DNA from: Trichoplax sp. H2
Lineage: Eukaryota
Assembly: GCA_003344405.1 (NCBI GenBank)
Contig: NOWV01000200.1
Location: 1-64,000 of the forward strand
Length of the DNA: 64,000 nt
Reading direction: 5' to 3'
Notes under the pieces: generated by a model
The model's input: only the letters and a program-made list of their open reading frames with translations
Databases searched by the model: none
Told to the model about the DNA's origin: nothing
Part shown: in pieces, positions 53,675-64,000 of the stretch
Layout of the letters: the number at the start of each line of letters is the position of its first letter
Numbering within the stretch: the stretch's first letter is position 1
Program-made: the position numbers and the translations under genes

Positions 53675-56600
53675 TTAAATTACGGGCAACTCGAAAGACA
53701 TTAACACAGATTTAAAAATGTCATAACATTTTAAGTCGCTAGGTTGAATAATTAGATGTATAGATTTCACAAGTGTTAGTTGCTTATGTTCGTCATAAAA
53801 TTTTGAAATAACCTTGACCATTTCTTGAGATAATTCGTCAATATTAGTACTAAATTCAGGACTACCATACATGGGGATTGCTATCGAGTTTATCGAATCT
53901 GAATGGGCTTTCTCAAGGCATTTTTTAATTCGATCAATGAGCCACTAAAATTTACAATCGGTTGTAAACAAAATTAATATATGAACTTAAATTACGAAAT
54001 ATATTTCCTAGGGCCTTACCGATATTGGCTGATTGGAGCTTAAAAACGGAATATGATAAACCTTCTTGCAGCCAAAGTAAGTTCCTTTAGTAATTCCAAT
54101 TTCATCCACAGTCAGACGTTGCAAATTTTGGTAGTAATCAAGCTGATACTGGAATCCACCAAGGCGATGTAATGCCTTTCCAATTTCTCCTTTATGATGC
54201 TTTTCCAGTTCTACGTAGTTAACGATAGCTTGTGCCTAAGAATGATTGCATAGACAGTAATCATTAAATGAACGCTACTCTTGAAATTTACTTCATCATA
54301 CATACTTCAATACCCTCTTTTTCAACCTTTCCTTTTACTAATTTAATAATTTTTGAGATTTTATCATGGTCATTAGTAGCCGATGATAGAGAAGAAACAT
54401 TTACTGCAGGATTAACTTGAGAAGGATTTTCGGTTGTTTTAGAATTTGTACCCTCCTGACAATAAGTGATCCTACTTCGATTGCCAAAACACAGAATAAT
54501 AATGTTTTCCTCATGTTGCATATAACTATTTTTTGTCTATCCATAGGCACTATACATCATTGATTAATTATTAGCGGAAGTTAGCGATATCCTGTTGACA
54601 TCTCAAAATCGAATATTAAGTGGATGTACGGTTGTCTTCCTCCAATTATATATATATTATAAGTATACTATAAAATTAACGCTAATAGATAACTATTTCT
54701 TATTATTGATGGAATAATTTATTGCTAATTATGGACTAAGATTAGCGATACCCTACTTACTTGTTACAATCATCGCATGTTAGAATGAAGGTACTTTCTT
54801 TTTCATCTTGTAAAGTATCCAGATCAACTTTGCCATCAACCATGTTTTGACCTATTTCACTTTCAAACTTCGTTTCGCTACCTCCTTCATTAGCTCGATT
54901 CTGGTTAATTGATTCCTTGATATTGTATGAAGCAGTAGCTATACAGAGTTTTCTACGTTCGATTGAAAAAAAATTGATAAATATTGACTCACTGTCCCAA
55001 TTGAAGAAGAACTGGGGTTTATTCTAGCAATTCAATCGCATAATATTTAGTCCACATGCTTCTTTTACGGTATAGTAACATTTAATATAAACTACGGCTA
55101 TTGCTAGCATCCAGCATTTCTAAGGTTAAACTGCAAGCGAAGTTCCCACTCGATATGGCTACTATTGATCATAGCAACAAAATTTTGAGTTTTTCATCTT
55201 TTAAATTAGCACTTTTAAAAATGTACTTTAGCATTATATACGTATAGTATCGTTTACTTGACTAATTAGATTCATTGAACAGCAAAATCTCAATTCGTAC
55301 TATAAAATATGTCGACAAGTCAACATCTATAACTAAACGTAACAAATGCAACTGTGAGCTACCAACCGTTCACATTCGTTGGGTAATGCGGTAATTAAAT
55401 TTTCATGTTTGTCTTGTGTACGATCCATTTCGAAATTGCGACCAGAAATATTTTTTAATGTTATTTTTTTATTCAAAACTTCACTTATTTCTACCTCTGA
55501 ACTTCTTTGAATAAGTTCTTCCATCTTTTGATAAATATTTGTTGCATAAACTTGACTACATTTAATTAAAATATTCGCTTCCTTATTAGTGGTCTTCTCA
55601 ATTTGAATATTGCAACCGTACGCCTTTTCTAGTAATTGGAGATCTTCTCGCCAATACAATTGCTGATTTATTGCATTTATTAAGTGAACATGAGGTATTA
55701 CGTATTCAACGACTTTATATTTATCTAAATGGTTCTGAATAATGTGGGTTGCGTTAGAAACGTCAGCTCGTTTTCCAGCGACAAGAATCTTACATGAATC
55801 AAAATTATTACTGTATACACTTTCCAGATAAATATCATAGTTTCCAGCTAAATGATTTCTTAATCCATGCATAAATATATGAAAATCGGATCTAACGAAT
55901 AGGCCATCAACATTGACTGTGGTCGACTGACAGCAAAACATTTCTCTCAATAAAGAAATAGCTAGATGATGGGCTTTTGCGTCTAAGGCAACAACAGATA
56001 CCGATAGACTATCACCATGACGCATAATTCCAGCTTTGATACCATTAAATCGCAGATGCTTATTAGCTAGTACCTGCTTCTCATCATGACGAGCAATAAA
56101 AGTGGATAAAGGATGAGGCAGATTTTGACTGCTATTGCTAATAATGCAGTTAGTATAACTGAATAGCATTTTCCCAATATACCCTTGATCTTTAGAGGGC
56201 ATGTGAACGATTAATCGAAAATTTCCTTCAATGTGGATATATTGGAAATAGACATCGTAACCATATTGCTGCAACGATTCTTCTAACTTAGTCTCTTGAA
56301 TGAGAAAATGAGCCGCAGTAGATAACTCGATTTCTAGTTTAACCCTTAATCCTTTGTTCATTGATTCTGATTTGATTGGATCAGAAATTCTTGAGTCTAT
56401 ATTATCCGTTGGAGATACAACTGGAAATTGGCTATTAGCTTCCCTATATTCTTCAGCACTTTGAGGCTTTACCTTCATGGTAGTTAATTTATCATCTTGA
56501 CCTAAAATTACGTTGACAGATATATGGCTGGATCAATATCAAAACTTAGGAATTACTATTTAAAAATGCTTTGACTACAACAAATGTTATAAAAATTGCA

Positions 56601-58817
56601 TAATACACAACTATATGTAATGATATATATCATAATTGTTCTAATAATTCAGATCTTATAATCACGAGAGAGTACAATACTCAAAATAGCCTTTTAAGAA
56701 ATTGCCAGAAAGAAACTTGAAATATTTCACCTTATGCTTTAAAAATTGATATGTCTATAATGTCATTGCTAATGAGGCTAGAGAGTTCCTTACTGTTTTC
56801 TTGTGTTTTTGAATTGCAATCTTTAGATTTCTCAGTATTTTCAGTGTTATTGTTATCGCCAGAAACTTGGAAGACATTCGACTTATTTACGAAATCCGTG
56901 GATTTATCCTTTCTAAGATCACCAGATTGACTAGAGGATAACGAAGAATCTCGAGCCCAACGACGTGTTTTAGTCGCTAAGAGCCATTGGTCTCGACGAT
57001 TACTTTTAAGTTTTTGTTGCACGCTGCAAATAACTTTATTGATCAAAGTTACAATATTAGGCTTCTCATGTATTTCTAATGTTATTCGTTTGCCCTTGAT
57101 AATATTATACTTATTCAGACACAACATGGCCATAACGGCACCCCATTGCCGTCGGTACACTACGATTCTGCATAGTTGAAAAATGATGTAATGATAAATT
57201 TTTAATTGCAGATCCAAGCCGTTTATGCATGATCAATTCACTACAGTATACAGTATACTTGTTACGGGTAATGTAAATATACACTAATTGTGATTTTAAT
57301 CTTAAGGACAAAATCAGTCTTACATACTTGTATTGCTGTAAAGTTAACAATTACTGTAGCAGTTCTAGGTGAAATTATATTAATATCGAACATCCAAGAA
57401 ACCAGCTCTTTGCAAAGCTATAACCTCGATTGCATTAAGTTTGCAAACCTAGTACAGATTATGCTATGAAATACGCATCCTATAAACTTCAGTACAGATC
57501 ATAATACACTACATGTCCTCAATCATTATGTAGGAGAGCAAAGCAAATCAGCAACGATCTACAATTTGATTAAAAGCTTTTATCAATCAACTTCTTACAC
57601 TTCGCCGGATCTTGCCCTAATGAGATCATCTACTCTTCCAACTTGGCTAAAGATGTGCATTAATTCTATCTAAAGGAAGAAAATAAATGACATGTAATTA
57701 TGAAACATTCTCAATTTAGGCGTAATGTAGTATTTCTAAGTATTCGAAATTCCATCATGCAAGAATTTTTACAAACTTGTGCTATTGCCTCTGGTATATT
57801 AATGACTTTGACAAGCGTTCTTAATTCGGTCAACTCTTTTAATTCATCGTCTGAAAAAGCTTTTTTGGCTTCTTTGACTTCATTTATTCTTAATATAGAG
57901 ATGACGAATGGTGTTTCAAATTAGAATATTCCTGTATCAACCGGTTAAGTATATAGCCTAACTTGCAAAATTGGTACTCTAGAGTAGATGAAAGTTAAAA
58001 CTCACCTATTTTGTGTTTCCGTATCATACATACAACCAGATCTACGCAATCCTAAGACTTTCATTTGATCATAAACTATCTTTTCCATGCCATTTCTGAT
58101 ATTTAGGGGCAATTCTGGCGGTAAATAAACAGTTAAACCTAACTTGCTTTTTCCAACTTTGATTCCTCTCAAATTTATGTTCAACTGGATGACTTGGTTT
58201 CTTTCTTCTACCAGTATTTGTCTATTTCCAGATAAAAGAAAACGTGCAATATACATGAATACTTGTAGTGCCAAGCAGCTCTTTCAGTACAACATTCTAT
58301 GTAAAACAGAATCAATTTTAATTCTGGTAAGGTATATAATCGCACACAAGACTATTTCTGGATCGTTGATCCCGACTTTGAATATTATTAAATTCTGGTT
58401 AAACCGGCGATTAAACCATCGGATAACATTAGTTTATTATATATCATTATCTCAATTTGTTAGTACAGCAATATGTACGACTTGAAGTGATAATAAAACT
58501 TTTAAAATTATTTAACTACTGAATTTTATACACTATGCTTACGCAAATCGCCAATTTTCTTTTCCAATGCCAATATAGTGATAAAATATAATTTGGGCTC
58601 GATTTATAATTTTACAGACTTCATATTCAAATGCCTAAAGATATTAATCAATGTGTTTGAATATAATAAATTTATGAGGGCATTTGAAATTGATCGGTAA
58701 CAAAATTGCTTCCATTTTTTTTTTATTACATAACGTCACTTTTTGCAAAGCTACCTTCTACTTTACAGCGGTAAGTGCAAGGCATTGAAACTTTATCGAA
58801 AGTAATCGTTAATAAAT
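53675..58817 (-). CDS. Macro-PARP-family paralog C, apparently ending after the macrodomain (RRMs - KH-like - macro; no WWE/ART seen)
   Basis: Approximate exons: 58754..58817, 58542..58634 (..KENWRFA), 58005..58226, 57777..57888, 57598..57669 (ELMHIFSQVGRV, RRM-like), 56750..57170, 55350..56500 (homologous to 32563..33694), 54760..54945, 54306..54471, 54020..54235 (AQAIVNY..GEIGKALHRLGG..CKKVYHIPFL), 53675..53944 (SIAIPMYGSP..IHLII..SFELPVI*). Confidence 0.75.
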
Positions 58818-61800
58818 CTGAACAGAAACTACCAACATAAGAAAGATGGTTCACTTTATTATAGTCGATTAACTGAATTAATTTGATGGAAAGAGTGAAT
58901 TAAAACTCTTAGTATAGATACTCTCATACTCGTAACTTGTCAAATTGATGACATAAATTAATATAGTAGAGCAATTCATCAAGTATCATCATCTGAGTCT
59001 ATTTTTAATACCACATTACCTCAAGAACACTAGATTCAATTCCACAAACGTACAAGCAATGATTTGGTGGTAGTCTATAATGTATGAGAAAATAAGAAGT
59101 TTTTGAAATATTTACGCCATTGAGTGAGTATGAAGCAGTCTTTAAGGATAGTACTAAGCGTTGCAGGGGTTAAAAGTAATCTGACTACTAACAAATTGAT
59201 AATAAATGCACTCTTATAATAAGCAATCTTTCGCATCTGAATATGTACTGCTAAAAGCCACAGTAATACTGTCTAAACATATGTATACAGTATAATCATG
59301 GAAAGCATAACTTGTAAGCTGGCTGTAGCTCCAGGAGACTATTAGAGATTTGATGGAATATAAATACTTTATGTGCTATAATTCAACATCATCATTTCTA
59401 ACGTATTCTAGCTGAAAAACTTTCGAAACAATTTAAATATTCTACAAGATTGGATTGATTAGTTATAGCAATCTTATGCACGCAACACTACCGTGGATTA
59501 AACGGCTGAGTAAAGGCAAATCTTGGGAAAGCCATTTACCAATATTGAAGATGGCGTTAAATCTTGATTTCAATCTTAAAAGGTTAGCAATTTTAGAAAT
59601 TGTACATTAAGAAAAATTAATTTACGGATGAAAAATAACGTAACGATAACTCAGCTTAAGCTAAGGGAATCATTAGGAATCGTTAGATTGAGTTTTTTAT
59701 CAAGTTCTAAACAGGCTTTGAATACTATAACCCCTGCAGCGTGCATAAATTTGCATGGGGCTTTTTTATTTTTGATGGCCTTTGATACTGACTGGCTAGT
59801 TGTGCTCTTAAATAGAGTCTATGGGTTGGTCCAACAATCGAAATAAGTTTTTTTTAACCCAATTTAGACTCCACCTTATGCAGTATGCGTGCTTTTAAGA
59901 CTACTCTATATAAGAATTACAATTACCTCTAAGGTCTACTACATTAAGTAACTCCTTGAACTCGTTCTTACCGAATAAAAAGATATTGTACTCATTTTTC
60001 GAGTAGCCAGTCTGTGTAAATAGAATCTTTTTTACAATAATAATTAAGGCCCCAATCACTTTTGTCACATTTATATTGGCACTTTTGTTTGATATCACAC
60101 CATATGCAGCATTGTATTATTTGTGCACCAAATGAATAGAATGGGTAGTACCTCAAATTGTGACAGAGAAGATTATGAGGCTGATTGAGAATAGTTTTTC
60201 AGGGTAAGACTAGTTATAGGGTAGGCGATTTATCATGATTACCATAACAATTACTAAAAATAAGGCCTAATCAGTCAATTTAGGTTTGAATAGCTCCGAT
60301 TGATCGTGCTATATCGGCATTACAGAAGTTATGATATTATGAAATTAATATAGGCTTTTAGTCTGCATTTCGAATTAAAATTATACCTCTCGACGATCTT
60401 GAGCAAATACTTCGTACTTTCGAATGGAGCAGAAGTTTTGTATAATTGATCAATTTCATGATTAATTCATGAAGCTTAAAAATTGAGCTGGATAGATCAT
60501 TCGAATTGTAAGCGCTACAAATTTATTGGGTACCTTAAATTTCGCCGTCTACTCAAAGTGTCTATCACTATTTCACTAAAGAAGGCAAATTTCCCCTACT
60601 TATTTACTGTAAATACAGTTTACATTCTAAAATTAAATAATTATAGAATAATGTTGTAAATATTGACCGCCAGGATAACCTTAATAAAATAACAACCTTC
60701 GCTTACCTACAATGCTATAGCTTCTAAGTAATTTTACTTAGAAGAACTTCTTCTATTACTATAATTCTTCAAGAGTAAAATCGTAATAGTAATGTAAATG
60801 TTTCGGTATATTCTGATTACTCCTGGAAAAAAAATTAATTATTATGTCCCCTACTGTAAGCATTTAGTATCAATGCTCTTAAAACTAGGAGAATTCTGTA
60901 CTGTAAAGTTACTACTTTCGATAGATCAAAGACTACAAGACTACTCTACATCCGTAACTCAGCTGAGATTCACAATAACGAATAGATGAAGTAGATATAT
61001 CATAAGTTTAAACAAGTAATAGAGATAGCATTATTGATAATTGATGAATTGTAATTATAGCTTAGTTATGAAAGACGCAATGACTAATTAAGTAATTCTA
61101 ATTTTAATTCTATTACGAATAGAATGTATTTTATGATATCATTGTTTTCAAATTTTACATTGATTTAATGTAAAATCAACATTAGTTAAAAGATGAATCA
61201 CAAAATTAAGACTAGCATGATAATAATATTTCCTTCAATTCTTAATAAAAAAACAACTTTTTCTTATATCGCGAAATGATATAAGAATTATGACTTCAAT
61301 AGCAACGATACTAATGTAAAAGTAACTTTTTAAAGTCAAATATGCTAGCAATCATATACTGGTTCTGACAAACGTGAATACCAATGTTGAACAATTTGAA
61401 TGCTATTGGGATGTAAATGAAATAGGCAGTCTATCCATAACTCACGTTCCATATACAATTTTTTGCGATGTTTAAAAATTGATTTCAAAAATTTTCTTTA
61501 AATTAACGTCGTCCAAGCTGCGAATTAATACTGCTACCAGCACTGTCTATTCTAGGATATTAGTAATTAAAAGTATTACGACATCGTATGATAATAAACG
61601 TATGAAAAATAGTCGAGTTATTCCATTGCCAGTTTAGTCTAATCAATCAAGCTATGAGTATCTATGTGTAAGCACTGCTCTTATTTACGTTGGGATAGCT
61701 CCTTCTTTGATGATGCAATTTTGATTTCTTTCAACTATTTATCAAAGACAAGATAGGATAACAACTAATAATGGTTTAAGAGACGACTGTTCAATACTAG

Positions 61801-62827
61801 TATATGCTTACTTTTATTTCAATGAACAAATGATCAATTTCTATATGAAATTATAAAACATTCTACAATACTTCTGCAGTGGCTAAACCATATTCAACTT
61901 ACAATATAGAAGAAAAACACATCTATTACGGAATGATATTACCTAAATTATAGAGTTTAAGGAAGTATTGTTATACTGAGTATTTTAGCATTATAGTTGG
62001 TTGTGAACCTTTCAGAAGGGTAGTTCTTAGGTGTTATAGTAGCAGCGCTATATTCTTACTAGTTCTTTAGGCAGACTAGGGTAGTAATCAATAGAAACAA
62101 CTGAAAATAAGTGCTTTACGATAGACGAGCAAACTTGCCAGAAAGTATTCTGTGGCAACATCTGTTTATTAATTCTTGCATTTATAAGAGAATTTGTCTT
62201 TTATTCAATTTAAACACCAGTCGTCGAATTAACCATGATATGCTTCAAATTTACTTACTGATTGGCACTCATGGAAATAAGACATTAAAAATAACTACTT
62301 AGAAATTTTAGTTGCATCCTAGTCTAACCAGATAATTACGTAACTCTATCATCTCATTATAACTATGTTTTGAAAAATAGAACCTGCAAACAGAGTAAAC
62401 TATATTCGCTCCTCTAAACTTCAAAATTTATTAACTAGAACTAGCATATCAATTAGTAACGATATATTATTGTACGAAGGTCATGATTAGGTCAATGATT
62501 CAATTCGTAAAGGGTTTAAAACTGAATTAAGCTCTAATAGTCAAGTAGTTCTATTGGAAATTGCTATAGTTCAATCCTGATAGCATTTCGATAAAACATA
62601 ATGTGCAATCAGCAGCAATTACAGTTGCAAAGCATCGCATTAATTGAAAACACTGTACACCTGCTAAATCTGATTTCTTAGAAGTTGATCAAATTCATAG
62701 ATGTTTATTAAAGTAAGTATTTTATGTACTGCATCAAAGTTAGAACTATATTTCACTACTCATTCATAATATCACTGCATGTTTACCAATAAGTCAGTCA
62801 CTAATCGGTACTAAATCATCTCGACGA

Positions 62828-64000
62828 TTAAACAAGCAACTCAAAAGACATTATCACAGACTTTACAGCCTCATAGCAGTCTAATTTACTGGGTGGAATA
62901 ATAAGATGGATAGATTGTAATGGCGATATTTGCTGATATTTTTCATAAAATTTGGAAATAATCATGACTATTTCTTGAGATAGGTTGTTGATATCAGAAC
63001 GAAACACAGGACTGCCATACATTGGTATTGCTATGGAATTCATCGAGTCTGTATGGGCTTTTTCCAAGCAATTCTCAATTCGATCAATGAACCACTAAAA
63101 ATTTACGATCGGCTATTAGTGATATTAAACAAGTGTTTCGTTAAACATAAGGCATCATAATTATTTTCTATACTTTACCGATATCGAGTGATTGAAGCCT
63201 AAAGATGGAATATGGTAAACTCTCTTGCAGCCAAAATAACAACCCTTACTGGTTCCAATTTCATCAATAGTAAGATGTTTTAAATTTTGATGGGAATCAA
63301 AACGGTACTCGAGCCCGCCAATGCGATGTAATACCTTTCCAATTTCCCCAATGTGATATCTTTTCAATTTTATGAAGTTAATGATAGCATCTGCCTATGA
63401 TAATAATTGGAGAGACATTAATCACCTTCATAACATCATTAAATGAGCTTTATACTCAGAGTTCACTGTATGTACGTACTTTAGTACCCTCTTTTTCAAG
63501 ATTTCCTTTTACTAATTTAATGACTTTATCGCTCCTATTATAACCATTATGGGCCAATAACGATGAATAAAGATTTACTTTGGTATTATCTTTCGAAAGA
63601 TTTTCGGTTGTTTCAGAATTAGCATAATTTCTTCCCCTTACTTTCGTATCTTTCTTGGAATAACTGATCTTACTTCGATTACTAATATAAAAAGTACAGT
63701 TATTTTACATCACATTATAAATATAGCAAAGTATTAGCGATAATAAATTAGCATGAATATTGACAGATATAAGCTACATAATCTTCATTATTTATAGGTT
63801 TACTCTACCATTAGATATTTGACTATAATCTAATCCGTTTCCTACTTACTTTTCACGTTCATAATATATCATCGCATATACGCTTTCTTTTTCATCTTGT
63901 AAACTACCTAATTCAGCTTGGCTACCATCGATGCTTTGAGCAGCTTCTCTTGTACAAATGGTTTCGCTATTTTCTCCATCAGTTCTGCTTTGGTTATTTG
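62828..64000 (-). CDS. Macro-PARP-family paralog D, 3' part only (runs off the window); close duplicate of C, also ending after the macrodomain
   Basis: Exons at about 63850..64000+, about 63480..63680, 63179..63394 (ADAIINF..GEIGKVLHRIGG..CKRVYHIP) and 62828..63094 (SIAIPMYGSP..SFELLV*). Each is colinear with the matching exon of paralog C. Confidence 0.8.

Noticed and set aside
60063..60165. TGTCACA...TGTGACA inverted pair as another solo LTR
   Set aside because: It is only about 100 bp, has no matching flanking TSD, and lacks the TATA/AATAAA arrangement.

Overview
This is very AT-rich, intron-containing eukaryotic DNA. The short GT-AG introns, intronless rhodopsin-type GPCR paralogs and gene content suggest an early-branching animal such as a placozoan (inference). 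From left to right: (1) two intronless class A GPCR paralogs on the minus strand, with a duplicated flank between them that looks like a third unit whose coding region was deleted; (2) a TACAG/CTGTA-rich element with TA-CAGT...ACTG-TA ends inside a decayed, internally repeated region; (3) an intron-rich AP5B1 gene (AP-5 adaptor beta subunit, about 33 short exons) on the plus strand; (4) a tandem array of at least four PARP14/PARP9-like macrodomain genes on the minus strand, about 23.4 kb to the window end. Paralogs A and B end in WWE plus a mono-ADP-ribosyltransferase domain. Paralogs C and D appear to stop right after the first macrodomain. Paralog A has two splice-compatible alternative last exons encoding different versions of the C-terminal half of the catalytic domain. 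Four intact solo LTRs with perfect 5-bp target-site duplications lie in and around paralog A, and a truncated copy lies at the window start. Exon coordinates were read by eye, and the 5' ends of the spliced genes are uncertain.
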